A stretch of DNA of 64,000 bases from Anaeramoeba ignava BMAN (taxonomy: Eukaryota > Protista > Anaeramoebae). Below are positions 25,403 through 39,969 of this stretch, piece by piece (position 1 is the first letter of the stretch; every line of letters begins with the position of its first letter). The DNA lies in assembly GCA_028826165.1 (NCBI GenBank), contig JAPDFW010000054.1, positions 310,001-374,000 on the forward strand, in the 5' to 3' direction. The position numbers were made by a program, and so were the translations under genes. Under the pieces are notes generated by a model. It was not told where the DNA came from, searched no databases, and saw only the letters and a program-made list of their open reading frames with translations.

Positions 25403-28400
25403 TCACAAAATTTGGGATTTATCAGCATTTTCAGGTTCAATTTCTAATGAACGTTTTTGCAATTCAGTTGCAGACATTTTGGGTAATTTTTCAAGAAGAA
25501 CAACAATTTGATGAACGGGTTGAAAATTATAACCTAATTGTTGGTATTGGCGGAGGTTAGTAATAACTCCAGAAACCAAGATCCGTTTTTCGAAATTAAT
25601 CAAATTATGAATTAAATCAGGTTCACTTCCCTCAATTTTCGCGAGATCTTCAAGATAGACTCCCAAATAGGGAATGCAAGGGGGATTAACTTGTTTTAAA
25701 GCATTTCTATAAATTGAGTAATCATTATCAGATGTCATTTTGGATCGCAATTGCGAAAAGGAATCAAAGTGTCTTTTGGGCACTTCCTCCCAAGTAAACT
25801 TCAAACGGAGAACTGGAGAATTAGAAAGCCCAAGGATAACACTCATAAGGGTGTTGAAGTTATTCATCTGCATTAAAAATTCACAAAGTCGAATAAACTT
25901 TGTCAAAATTTTGACTCTTTTTCTAAGTTGATCCGCCTTTATAATTGACGCAGAAACCCAAGCAGAAAGGTCGTTGAATCGGCCAATAAGCTTGAGAACA
26001 TTGGGCGCTCTTGACTTGTATTTTGCTTGGCTCCAAGCGCTGTTGAGGAGCTCTCGAGTACGAATTGAGGAATACAAAGAAAAATCTATAAGTGTTAATT
26101 GTCTTGCTATTTCTTCCGCTTCCACGTCAAATAGAGATAAAGTTGGACTGAAAATATTTTTCGGAACTTTTGGTTCAGGCGCGATTTTCTGCGGATCAAA
26201 TTCACTTGTTGTGTCCGTTTTGATTCCGGCATGAGCCGCTATTTTCGGCCCTTTGAAAATCAAATTTTTTAATTGCGCCGCTAAAGAGGGATATCCTTCA
26301 ACAGCAATTGTGCTCTCCACAAAATAAAGCATCTCCGCCTTCAATTGAGGACGGAAATCTTCGTGATGCTTTTCAAGCCAATTCTTGGCAACATTACATA
26401 TTCTTATCTGAATTCCTCGTTTTTTCATATTGTATTTTTCTTCTGTTAATTCAGTTGAATTTGGAACATGCCATCTATTTATGTGTATTTTTTTTCATTC
26501 GTTAAAATTTCCTTTTAAATTCATCCATTTTTTTTTTCTTTTGATTCAAACCTCTCAATTAATTTTTTTAATAATTTTTTTGGTGTTGTAAATGATTGAT
26601 AAGTCATTAAAAATGTTTCGAAATATTGTAAATGATGTTCTTTTTCGTCTGTTAGTCTTTCAACTAGTTTGTTTAAACTTGCTGCTTTTATTTGGTCTTC
26701 TTTTTCTTTGTAGATGATGTTTGTATTCTGTGGTTCATCCCATATATACACATCATCTTCATCTTTTTCTTCTTCTTCCATTCTTTAATATATATATATA
26801 TATATTTATTTTATAAATATTTTAGAAATATTTTATAAATTTTAGAAATATTTTATATTTATTTTATAAATATTATATAAATTTTAGAAATATTTTATAT
26901 TTATTTTATATAAACCCTAAATTAATCAATATTTCTCCTATTTTTGTTAATATTTCTGATTGTTCATCTTTATTTTGTGCTTTTTGAAGTGAAAGATCCC
27001 AAATTTTATCAACTTTTGTAATAGAATTTCTTATAAGTGTTTGTATTCTACTATCTTTCATAAATCTTGGTTCATCTTTTATATAAAAAGTTTTATTCAA
27101 TATTTTCATTTTATTTTTCATTTAGAAATTATGTATAAAAATATACATTTAATTTTTGCTTCTTCTTCAATTACTGCTTTTGTTTTTCTATAACCAAGAC
27201 ACATTAAATGCTGCATAACTAATTGAAGAACAGTTTCTCTAGATAAACACTCTTGAACTTCTGGTAATCCAGCATTATATAGCATTCCAAAACTGAATAA
27301 TAATTATATAATATTTAATTATTTATTATTTAATTATTTAATTATTTAATTAATTATTATTTAATTATTTAATTATTTAATTATTTATTATTTAATTATT
27401 TATTATTTAATTATTTAATTATTTAATTATTTAATTATTTAATTATTTAAATATTTAATTATTTATTATTTAATTATTTAATTATTTAATTATTTAATTA
27501 TTTAATTATTTAATTATTTATTTATTTAATTATTTAATTATTTAATTATTTAATTATTTAATTATTTATTTATTTAATTAATTATTTAATTATTTAATTA
27601 TTTAATTATTTATTATTTAATTATTTAATTATTTAATTATTTAAATATTTAATTATTTAATTATTTAATATTTAATTATTTAATTATTTAATTATTTAAT
27701 TATTTAATTATTTAATTATTTATTATTTATTATTTAATTATTTAATTATTTAATATTTAATTATTAATTATTAATTATTTAATATTTATTATTAATTATT
27801 TTATTATTTATTATTTAATTATTTATTATTTAATTATTTATTATTTAATTATTTAATTATTTATTATTTAATTATTTATTATTTAATTATTTAATTATTT
27901 ATTATTTAATTATTTAATTATTTAATTATTTAATTATTTAATTATTTAATTATTTAATTATTTAATTATTTAATATACCTTTCTGCTCTTTGTACTGGAA
28001 AAACACTTTCAGTTAATCTTCTAATTGATGGATTTCTTTTCATTACTTTTTCCATCCATTCTGAACGATCAATTTCTGGATTTTCTTGAAGCACTAAAAT
28101 TTGATTTTTTTTAAATAATTTGCTTTTAAATAAATTGCTTTAAATTCTCTTTTAATTTCTTCAAATACTGTTATGAGGATCAACCCTTCCTTTATTTGGA
28201 TCATAAATTTCAGGTGGAATATAAGATTCATTAAGAATTTTATCATCAATTTCTTCTTCAATTTCTTCATTTTCTTTGTCACTACTTGTATCTTCTTCCT
28301 ATTAATTTAAATAATTTTAATTTTAATATTTAATTTTAATTTTAATTTTAATTTTAATTTTAATTTTAATTTTAATATTAATTTTAATTTTAATTTTAAT

Positions 28401-29430
28401 TTTAATTTTAATATTAATTTTAATTTTATTTTTAATATTAATTTTAATTTTAATTTTAATTTTAATTTTAATTTTAATTTTAATTTTAATTTTAATTTTA
28501 ATTTAAATTTTAATTTTAATTTTAATTTTAATTTTAATTTTAAATTTAAATTTTAATTTTAATTTTAATTTTAATTTTAATTTTAATTTTAATTTTAATT
28601 TCAAAATGAATTTTGAATTTTAATTTTAATTTTAATTTTAATTTTAATTTTAATATTAATTTTAATTTTAATTTTAATTTTATTTTTAATTTTAATTTTA
28701 ATTTTAATTTTTAATTTTAATTTTAATATTAATTTTAATATTAATTTTAATTTTAATTTTAAATTTTAATTTTAATTTTAATTTGAATTTTAATTTTATT
28801 TTTAATTTTAATTTTAATTTCAAAATGATTTTAATTATATTTATAAATTGAGAACAATACCAAAAACTGATTTAATGATTTTTCTCTTAAAAGTTGTTCT
28901 TGTTCTAATTTTTTTCTTTTTTCTTCTTCTTCTTTAAGTTTTTGTTCATTTTCTTTAAGCAACCTTTTTTTTTCTCTTTCTAATTCACGTTTTCTTTTTT
29001 CTTCTTCAAATTTAATTTTTTTAATTCTTTCCATTTCTTCTTGTTCTTGTTTTTTTCTTATTTGCTCTTGTTCTTTTTCTTTTTCTTTTTCTTTTTCTTT
29101 AATAATTTCTTGTTCTTTTTGTTTTTCATTTTCAAGTTTCAATTTGATTTCATCTTCTTTTTTTTTTTGAATTTCTTCATCTATTTTTTGAGTTTGAATT
29201 TCTTGATTTAAAACGTTTAAAGGATTATTTTGCACTAATTTTTGTGGTATTTGATTCATTGAAACTGATTTATTTATTGGTTTTTTTTTATTTTCATTTT
29301 TTGCTGTTTTTTTTAATTGTGTTGGTGATTTTTTTCCTGAACTTTGATTTCTTCTTAATCTTGGTGTTGGCCGTTTAAATCCTTGATGTGATTTCCCAAC
29401 ACTTTTAATAAAATCTTGAGGAGTTGACAT
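25403..29430 (-). CDS. LisH-domain RasGEF (REM + CDC25), similar in architecture to Dictyostelium Aimless/RasGEFA
   Basis: Seven exons: 29430-28861, 28298-28169, 28093-27979, 27292-27147, 27075-26916, 26782-26552, 26474-25403, phases consistent. LisH: SRETVLQLVMQHLMCLGYRKTKAVIEEEA. REM: IKAASLNKLVERLT, FLMTYQSF. CDC25: EIARQLTL, NNFNTLM, PCIPYLGVYLEDL, LINFEK. Confidence 0.92.
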
Positions 29431-29686
29431 TTAAAATAAAAACAAAAGGAAAAGGAAAAGGAAAAAATAAAAAGTTTTTTTTAATTAAAATTATTTTTTT
29501 CTCCTTTTTTTTTTTAATTTAAAATTATTTTTTTTCTCCTTTTAAAATAAATAAAATAAAAAAAAAAATAAAATAAAATAAAATTGTCAACTTGTCCACT
29601 TTTCAAAATAACATTTTTTTGATCTTCTTTTTCTTTTAAATTTTTTTTTTCCTTTTATTTTCATTTCATTTTTTTTTTTAAAACAA

Positions 29687-30820
29687 ATGAATTCTTTTAA
29701 TCGTGAATGGAAAATTAAAACTAAATCAGAAAAAAACCAAGAAACAAAACAGGAAACAAAACAAAGCAAACAAAAACAAAACAAAACAAAAAACAAAACA
29801 AGAAACAAATCAAGAAACAAATCAAGAAACAATTTCGAAACCAAGTAATTAATTATTTATTTATTTTTAAATCAAATAATCAAATCCAATTTTTTTTTGG
29901 ATTAAATAAATAAATAAAATAAATAAATTTAATAGAAAGAGAATGGAAAATTAAAACTAAATCAGAAAAAAACCAACAAAAAAAATCTAAGAAACACAAG
30001 AGAAAGCAAAGAAAACAACAAAAAAAACAAGAAACAAAACAAGAAACAAAACAAGAAACAAAACAAGAAACAAAACAAGAAACAAAACGAGAAACAAAAC
30101 AAGAAACAAAACAAGAAACAAAACAAAAAACAATTTCGAAACCAAGTAATTAATTATTTAATTATTTATTTTTAAATCAAATAATCAAATCCACTTTTTT
30201 TTGGATTAAATAAATAAATAAAATAAATAAATAAATTTAATAGAAAGAGAATGGAAAATTCCAATAAAATCACAGAAAGAAAAAGAAGATAATGAAAAAT
30301 GAAAGAAAAAGAGAAAGAAAAAGAAAAAGAAGAACAAAAAGAAGAAACAAAACAAGAAACAAAACAAGAAACAATTTCAAAACCAAGTAATTAATTATTT
30401 AATTATTTATTTTTAAATCAAATAATCAAATCCACTTTTTTTTGGATTAAATAAATAAATAAAATAAATAAATAAATTTAATAGAAAGAGAATGGAAAAT
30501 TCCAATAAAATCACAAAAAGAAAAAGAAGATAATGATAATGAGAAAGAAAAAGAGAAAGAAAAAGAACAAAAAGAACAAAAAGAACAAAAAGAAGAAATT
30601 ATTGATTTAAAAGATATTGAAAATTCTATTGAAAATTCTTTGAAAGATAATCAAGAAACAATTTCGAAACCAAGTAATTAATTATTTATTTATTTTTAAA
30701 TCAAATAATCAAATCCAATTTTTCATTTTTTTCAATTTTTTCATTTTTCATTTTTCATTTAAAATGACAAATTTAATAGAAAGAGAATGGAAAATTCCAA
30801 TAAAATCACAAAAAGAAAAA
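29687..30820 (+). repeat. Tandemly duplicated exon-intron units at the Piwi 5' end
   Basis: Five copies of GAATGGAAAATT. Four copies of AAACCAA|GTAATTAATTATTT...TTTAATAG|AAAGAGAATGG. Confidence 0.9.
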
Positions 30821-33800
30821 GAAAAAGAAGATGAGAAAGAGAAAGAGAAAGAGAAAGAGAAAGAGAAACAAGATGAGAAAGAGAAAGAGAAAGAGAAAGA
30901 GAAACAAATTATTGATTCAACAAATTCTTTGAAGGATAATCAAGAGAAAGATAATCAAGAGAAAGATAATCAAGAGAAAGATAACCAAGAGAAGGATAAT
31001 CAAGAAAAGGATAACAAAGAGAAAGATAATAAAATTATTCTTAAATCTGGTAAATTTTTTTAACTTCAATTTTTTTTGAAAAATTTTAATTAAAATTTTT
31101 TTTTTTTAAGAAATGCCAAAACCTCAATTTGGTTCAGTTGGTAAAGAAATTGAATTAAATACCAACTATTTTACTTTGGGAATTTTAAAAGAAAATGTTT
31201 ATCAGTATTCTTTAAAACTAGATGTAAATCAAAATTGAGTTCAAAATTAACAATCTTTTAAAAGAACAAAATTTATTTAAAAAATTTATTTAAATTAAAT
31301 TAAATTAATTTAGCCTGATTTAAAATCATTAGCAGCACGAAGAATGGTTTATGAAACATTAAAAAAGCAAAATTTTGGTATTTATTCTTTTTAAACAAAA
31401 CAAAACATAAATAAACCCAATATTCAATATTCAATATTCAATATTCAATATTTTATATTCAATATTTTATATTCAATATTTTATATTCAATATTTTATAT
31501 TCAATATTTTATATTCAATATTTAATATTCAATATTTTATATTCAATATTTTATATTCAATAATTTATATTCAATATTTAATATTCAATATTTTATATTC
31601 AATTCAATATTTTATATTCAATATTTAATATTCAATATTCTATATTCAATATTTTATATTCAATATTTTATATTTTATATTCAATATTCAATATTCAATA
31701 TTTTATATTCAATATTTTATATTCAATATTTTATATTCAATTTAATATTCAATATTTTATATTCAATATTCAATATTCAATATTTTATATTCAATATTTT
31801 TATATTCAATATTTTATATTCAATATTTTATATTCAATATTTTATATTCAATATTTTATATTCAATATTTTATATTCAATATTTTATATTCAATATTTTA
31901 TATTCAATATTTTATATTCAATATTTTATATTCAATATTTTATATTCAATATTTTATATTCAATATTTTATATTCAATATTTTATATTCAATATTTTATA
32001 TTCAATATTTTATATTCAATATTTTATATTTAATATTCAATATTCAATATTTTATTTTGTTTTTGATAGATAATGTTCAAACAGTATTTGATGGGCAAGA
32101 CTTAATTTTTTCAAGAAAACAATTTGATAATTTTGAACTGAAATTAAAATTACGAAAAACAATTTATACAGTAAAAAAATCATAGTTTAAAATTTGATTT
32201 AAAATTTGATTTAAAATTTGATTTAAAATTTGATTTAAAATTTAATTTAAAATTTAATTTAAAATTTAATTTAAAATTTAATTTAAAATTTAATTTAAAA
32301 TTCATAGGCAAAAGTTGAACAAACAAAAACCCTTTTTTCTTCTGAAGATCATGAACAATTATTCAATATAATTTTTAATGACATTTTAAAAAGAATGAAA
32401 TTACATCAAATCGATCGAAATTTTTTTGATCCAAAAACAAAAACACAAAATAAAGAGCATCGATTTGAATTATGGCAAGGATATTTCAGTTCTATTGATG
32501 AAAAAAAAACAGGACTTAAACTTAATTTAGATATTATTCATAAAGTTGTTCGCACAGATTCTGTTCTTGATTATATAAACGAACTTTCTCTTTATAATTC
32601 TAAATTTTCTCAAAAAAGATTTTATCCACAATCTTTAGAAGAAAGATTAAAATATCCTGAAATTCAAAAAAAAATTAATAAAGCTCTTGAAAGACAAATT
32701 GTTATGACTACTTATAATAATAAAACTTATAGTGTTTCTTCTGTTGATTTCAAGTACAAAATTAAAATTAAAATTAAAATTAAATATTATAATTCATTTT
32801 AAAATTAAAATTAAAATTAAAATTAAAATTAAAATTATAATTATAATTAAAAAGTAAATCACCCAATTCAGAAATTGAAATTGATAATAAAAAGATGACC
32901 TTACTTGAATTTTACTCAACTCACTATAAAATTCCTATCGAAAGCAAAACACAACCATTATTACAAATTCAACAAAGAAATCGAACAATACCAATATATT
33001 TAATTCCAGAATTATGCAAAATGACAGGATTGTAAACAAAAAAAAATAATATATTATATATAAATTATGTATTTAACTAATTTTTAAAAATATCAAACAG
33101 AACACCACAAATGAGAAAAGATTACAAATGCATGAGTGCAATTTCTCAACATCTTTTTATTTCACCAGCAGAAAGAGAACAAAAATTAGTTACATTTATA
33201 AAAAAAATGCAAAAAACTAAAGAAATACCTGAATATTTGAAAAATTGGAATATGAATATTAATCCAAAATTAGAAAAAGTTCCAGCAAGAATTTTATCAC
33301 CACCCGAAATCATACTCAATGAAAGAATAAAAGTAAATGGAGGTCCAAATGCGAATTGGACTCCATCTATGAAATCAACAAAGATTCTTTCGCCTCAAAA
33401 ATTCTCCAAATGGATTTTAATTTATCCACACAAATCGCAGAAACCAATTTCTGGTTTTATTTCCACACTTATGAAAGTTGCTAAACCAATGGGCATTTTT
33501 TTTGCTAATCCAAGAGAAGTCTTAATCAAAAAAGAAAATGCAAATGAATATTTAAAAATTTTTAAAAATGCGAATATTGTGAATCAAAGTACTGATTTGA
33601 TTGTTTGTGTTTTGCCAAATAACAACAAGTTTTTATATGATTCTATTAAGTCATTTTTGACTTGTCAAGAACCAGTTCCTTCTCAATGCATTTTATCTAA
33701 GACAATTTCTAATCAAAAAAAAATTTATTCAGTTTGTACGAAGATTGCATTACAGGTATTAATTTAAATATTTAAATATTAAATATTAAATATTAAAATA

Positions 33801-35149
33801 ATTAAATATTAAATAATTAAAATAATTAAAATAATTAAAATAATTAAAATAATTAAATATTCAAATAATTAAATATCCAAATAATTAAATATTCAAATAA
33901 TTAAATATCCAAATAATTAAATATTCAATAATTAAAATAAAAATATTAAATAATTAAATATTCAAAAATATTAAATATTTAAATATTCAAATAATTTAAT
34001 ATTCAATATCAAATATTAAATATTAAATAATTTAGATATTTAAATAATCAAATAATTAAAATAAAATATTAAAATAATTAAATATTCAAATAATTAAATA
34101 TTCAAATAATTAAATATTAAATAATTAAAATAAAATATTAAATAATTAAATATTCAAATAATTAAATATTCAAATAATTAAATATTCAAATAATTAAATA
34201 TTCAAATAATTAAATATTAAATAATTAATATAATTAAATATTCAAATAATTAAATATTCAAATAATTAAATATTCAAATAATTAAATATTCAAAAATATT
34301 AAATATTCAATATTTAAATAATTAAATATTAAATAATTAAATATTAAATAATTAAATATTCAAAAATATTAAAATATAAAATATTAATATAAGGTTAATT
34401 GCAAAGTTGGAGGATCTCTTTGGAAAGTAAACCTTCCAATTCAAGAACCAACAATGTTTATTGGGATAGATGTTTGTCACGATACAAAACAAAAAGCAAA
34501 ATCAGTAGCAGGATTAGTTTCATCAACAACATCCGATTGCACAAATTTTTATTCGAACATAATAATTCAATCAAAATCAGGAGAAGAAATCATAAAAAAA
34601 TTATATCAATTCACAAGAAAATCCGTGAAAAAATTTGAGGAAAAAAACAAGAAAAAACCGAAACATATTTTTGTATATCGAGATGGAGTTGGAGAATCAC
34701 AAGTGAGATATGTTCTTGAAGAAGAAGTAGCAGAAATGAAGCGAGCATTTTCAAGTTTTAAAGATTATTCACCAAAACTAACGGTTGTTATAGTTGAGAA
34801 AAGAATCAAAACTAGATTTTGGATCAATGGGGAAAATGCATCTCCAGGAACTGTTGTTGATTCAGTTATTACAAAACAAGATTTATTTGATTTCTATCTT
34901 GTTCCTCAATCAGTTCATCAAGGAACTGCTACTCCTTGTCATTTTATTTGTGCTTATGATTCTAGTCAGATTTCTGCTGATAATCTTCAAAAACTTACTT
35001 ATTCTCTTTGCCATTTATATTATAATTGGTCTGGTACTGTTCGTGTTCCTGCTGTTTGTCAATATGCTCATAAACTTTCTTTTCTTGTTGGTCAATCTAT
35101 TCATTCTGAAGTTGATTACAGACTTTTTGACAAACTTTATTACTTATGA
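29687..35149 (+). CDS. Piwi-clade Argonaute with intact DEDH slicer tetrad
   Basis: Core exons: 30780-31049, 31111-31223, 31314-31377, 32070-32170, 32308-32753, 32855-33031, 33101-33755, 34394-35149. Motifs: IELNTNYF, IDRNFFDP, HKVVRTDSVLD, LIPELCKMTGL (PAZ), KIALQVNCKVGG, GIDVCH, GEEI, YRDGV, YAHKL, KLYYL*. The start is either 29687 (via four upstream repeat exons) or 30764. Confidence 0.93.
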
Positions 35150-35159
35150 TTTTTTTGGA

Positions 35160-36420
35160 ATAATTTTTTTGGAATAATTTTTTTGGAATTGAATTGAAAT
35201 GATTTTTTTGAATTGAATTGAATTGAAATGAAATGAATTGAATTGAAATGAATTGATTTTTTTGAATTGAATTGAATTGAATTGATTTTTGAATTGATTT
35301 TTAAATTGAATTGAATTGAAATAAATTGAAATGAATTGATTTTTTAAATTGATTTTTTTGGAATTGATTTTTTTGGAATGAATTGAATTGAAATGAATTG
35401 AATTGAAATGAATTGAATTGAATTGAAATGAATTAAATTAAATTAAATTGAAATAAATTGAATTGAATTGAATTGAATTGAATTAATTTTTAAATTGATT
35501 TTTTAATTTGATTTTTAAATTGAAATGAATTGAAATGAATTGAATTGAATTGAATTGAATTGAATTGAAATGAAATGAATTGAATTGAAATAAATTGAAT
35601 TGAAATGAATTGGAATGAAATGAATTAAATTAAATTGATTTGAATTGAATTGAGTTGAAATGAAATGAATTGAAATGAATTGAATTGAATTGAATTGAAT
35701 TGAATTGATTTTTGAATTAAATTTTTAAATTGAAATGAAATGAATTGATTTTTAAATTGATTTGAATTGAAATAAATTGAAATGAATTGATTTTTTAAAT
35801 TGATTTTTTTGGAATTGATTTTTGAAAATTAAATTGAATTGAATTGAATTGAATTGAATTGAATTGAAATGAATTGAATTGAAATGAATTGAAATGAATT
35901 GAATTGAAATGAATTGAATTGAAATGAATTGAATTGAATTGAATTGAAATGAATTGATTTTTGAATTGAATTGAAATGAATTGAAATGAATTGAATTGAA
36001 TTGAAATGAATTAAAATGAATTGAATTGAAATAAATTGAAATGAATTGAATTGATTTTTTTGGATTGATTTTTTTGGATTGAATTGATTTTTAAATTGAT
36101 TTTTAAATTGATTTTTGAATTGATTTTTGAATTGATTTTTAAATTGATTTTTAAATTGAATTGAATTGAATTGAAATGAAATAAATTGAAATAAATTGAT
36201 TTTTGAATTGAAATGAATTGAATTGAAATAAATTGAATTGAAATGAATTGAATTGAAATAAATTGATTTTTAAATTAAAATAAATTGAAATAAATTGATT
36301 TTTGAATTGAAATGAATTGAATTGAAATGAATTGAATTGATTTGATTTTTAATTTGATTTTTAAATTGATTTTTAAATTGAATTGAAATAAATTGAATTG
36401 AATTGAATTGAATTTTTAAT
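35160..36420. repeat. (GAATT/GAAAT)n pentamer microsatellite between convergent 3' ends
   Basis: Seen directly; about 1.25 kb. Confidence 0.92.
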
Positions 36421-36520
36421 TTGATTTTTATTTATCTTCATTATATTCAAAACAAAACAACAAAAAAGATCAAAAAATTAGAAATTAAAAATTAAAAATT
36501 ATTGAAAGAAAAAAAAAATT

Positions 36521-39221
36521 TCATTTCAATTTTCGATTCAAATTTTCCCACATTTTTCGAAATTCTTTATAATTATCATTAATCATTTCAAATTGAATTT
36601 TATGAAATTTAGAAAGTTCCTTTTCATGGAAAGAAATGATTTTAATTTTGAATTGAATTTGAGAAAAATTAACCATGAAAGTAAAATCATTCATTTGATG
36701 AATTTTAGACTTTCTCTTTTTGAAGAAAGATTTCAAAATATGGAAAATTTTATCCTTTGATTTCTTAGTTGAAGTAGTAAGAATATAATCAGGAGGAGAA
36801 TTTTGAATTTGAGGGTTTGTTTCGCTATTTGGAGGAAGAGGAGGTTGAATAACAGTTGAAGCACGAGGTTTGCGTTGTTCAACTTCTTCCATTTTGGTTT
36901 TCTCTTCAAAAGTAACTGATCGAGGTCTGTTTGTAATTGCAAGTTGATTTTCGTTGGAATTGCTTTTTTTTTCCTCATCAAATTCAGAAAGATCAAGTTT
37001 CTCAAGATCATCAACAGATCCTGAACTATCTATTTTTTCGTCTTTTATCAAACTGGATAATTTATTATTTTTAGTATTTTTAGTTGGTTCTTCTTGGTTG
37101 TGAAAAAGTTCCGAATTAAATGATTCAGAAATGGGGAAAAAATTTTTTGGTAACGGAAAATCCGGCAAAATTTTTTCACGTTCTTTTTTCTCAAGAAGTA
37201 ACCGATAAGTTGCAGTTTCCTTTGTGTGAGTATGAGAAGCAAAGGATTTGTGGAGATTTTCAACAGAAAAACCAAGAGTTTGCATTTGTGCTGTCAAAGA
37301 AGAATCAAGGTCATGAGTAGCAATATAACGGAAAGAAGTGAAGGAATTTTGCGTGTTGATTTCAGTTGAATTTTTGCTGAGCCAATCATGTCGAAGAATT
37401 TTTTCCAAAGAATACCGAGTTTTTGGGTTTGGATCGATCATGTGTTGAAGAAGATCTTGAGCAGAATCAGACAAATAAGCTGGAACTGAAAATTTTCCTC
37501 TCAAAATACAGTCGCAGATCTCGCGTGTTGTTGATCCACCAAATGGAAGTGATCCGCAAAGAAGCGCGTAAAGAACTATCCCGATTGACCAGATGTCGGC
37601 TTTTTTTCCTTGATATTTGTGTCCGTGAATTACTTCAGGTGCTGAATAAGATGGTGAACCACATGATGTTTTACATAATGAGTTTTTTTTCTGTAAAAAT
37701 GTGGAAAGTCCGAAATCAATTAATTTGAGATTGAAACGGAGATCAAGAAGTAAATTTTCTGGTTTAATATCTCTGTGAATTATTCCGAAATCATGGCAGT
37801 GTTTAACAGCTAATTAAATTTAATTTTATAAATGAATTTTAATTTTAATTTTAATTTTAATTTTAATATTAATTTTAATTCTAATTTTAATTTTAATTTT
37901 AATTTTAATTTTATAAATTAATTTTAATTGTAATTTTAATTTTAATTTTTAATTTTGATTTTGATTTTAATTTTAATTTTAATTTTAATTTTAATTTTGA
38001 TTTTAATTTTAATTTTAATTTTAATTTTAATTTTAATTTTAATTTTAATTTTAATTTTAATTTTAATTTTAATTTTAATTTTAATTTTAATTTGAATTTT
38101 AATTTTAATTTTAATTTTAATTTTAATTTTAATTTTAATTATTTTAATTTTATAAATGAATTTTAATTTTATAAATTAATTTTAATTGTAATTTTAATTT
38201 TTACCTCCTAAAATTTGTTTCAAAAAAGCACATCCTCTTTCTTCAGAAACTGGTCCATTTTCATTGATAAAATCAAATAATTCACCATTTTGTAAATATT
38301 CCATAATAATATAAATGTGTTTTTTTGTATTGATCATTTCATAAAATTTGGCAATATTTGGATGATCAACAAGAGAAATTGCTCTTAATTCATTTTGAAG
38401 TCGAATTATTGCTTGTTGTGAAAATGAATAAGATGCTTTATCAATGATTTTAATAGCAACCTATTTATTTTAAAAAAAAATGAGAAAAAAAAAAAGAAAA
38501 AAGAAAAAAGAAAAAATTAAGAATTTTTTTGTTTTATTTAATTTTTATATGATTAAATTTTATGTATTTATTTTTATATTGTTTTTTATATATAATTTAA
38601 TTTGATAGTTGAATATTAATTAAAGAATTTTTTGCTCTTCTTTTTTGTTCAATTTTCGCATTAATTTTTAATTTAATTTTAATTTAATTTTTAATTTAAT
38701 TTTTAATTTAAATTTTTATTCTTCTTTTTATTTAAATTTTTATTCTTCTTTTTATTTTAAATTTTTTTTTTGATCAATTTTCGCATTTAATTTTTAATTT
38801 AAATTTTTATTTATTTTTAATATTTAATTTTAATATTTATATTTAATTTTAATTTTAAAGTCGAATTTTTTTAATAAAAAAAAATTTGCTCTTCTTTTTC
38901 TTTTTCTTTTTAATTTTCTTTTTCTTTTTTAATTTTTTTTGATCTTTTAAATTAAATTAAATTAAATTAAATTAAATTTTATTTTATTTATTATAATTTA
39001 TTTCCTTTATTTAAATTTGATCATTTAATTATAAATAATAAAAATTAAAATAAATTAAAATAAATTAAAAATAATAAAAATTAAATTAAAAATTTGATCA
39101 TAATTTAAAATTAAAAACAAACTTGAGTATTTGAAGGAATATGAATTCCTAGCTTTACTTTTGCAAACATTCCTTCACCAATTCGACCCAAAATTAAATA
39201 ATTTTCAATTTGTTTTGTCAT
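36521..39221 (-). CDS. CAMKL (MARK/AMPK-related) Ser/Thr kinase with UBA and KA1-like domains
   Basis: Exons 39221-39123, 38460-38205 and 37809-36521. Kinase motifs: IGEGMFAKV, VAIKII, HRDIKPEN, DFG, TSCGSPSYSAPE. UBA-like segment MQTLGFS...ATYRLL and a KA1-like C-terminus. Confidence 0.92.
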
Positions 39222-39969
39222 TCTTTTAATTCAAAACTAAATAGAAAAAAAAAATAATAAAATAATTAAAGGAAAAATAAAAATAATAATAATAAAAATA
39301 TTAATAAAATTGAGAATGGAAAAAAAAGTGAAAAGTGAATAAAAATAAATTAAAATTTTTTTTTTTGTTTTTTTTTTTAATTAAAAAAATTTGGAAAAAT
39401 AAAACAAAAAAAGAAAAAAAAATAAAAATTTTTTTGGTTTTTTTGACTTTTTTAGTTTCTTTTTAAAATAATTAAAAAAATTAATTAAATTGTAAATATA
39501 ATGTTTTGTTGTTTTTTATTGTTTTTCTTTTGTGGTAATTTTGTTAGAAAGGTTCTAAGTTTAAAGTTGAATAAATGAAATGCATTTGTGGAAATGACTG
39601 TGATCTAAAAAAAATTACGTTTGCGATCAAAACGGAAAAAATTATTTTTAATTTTAATTTTAATTTTAATTTTAATTTTAATTTTAATTTTAATTTTAAT
39701 TTTAATTTTAATTTAATTTTAATTTAATTTCATTTGATTTTCTTTGTTGGTTTTTAATTTAAATCTTTTTATTTTAATTTTGATCTTTTTAATTTTTATT
39801 TTAATTAATTTTAATTAGAAAATCAAAAGGTGAATATTTTTTTTTTTTCTTCTTCTTTTATTTTTTAAAAGTTAGAAAGAGTTTTTATTTTAATTTATTC
39901 TCTTACTATTTATTTTTTTTATTATTTTTTTAATTAATTTTTTTGTGGATTTTTTTTTTATTTGAAATA

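Noticed and set aside
35160-36420. Telomere-like repeat or mobile element
   Set aside because: It is an internal degenerate GAATT/GAAAT tract without G-runs, terminal repeats or a transposase/RT ORF. I recognised no transposon, tRNA or rRNA in the window.
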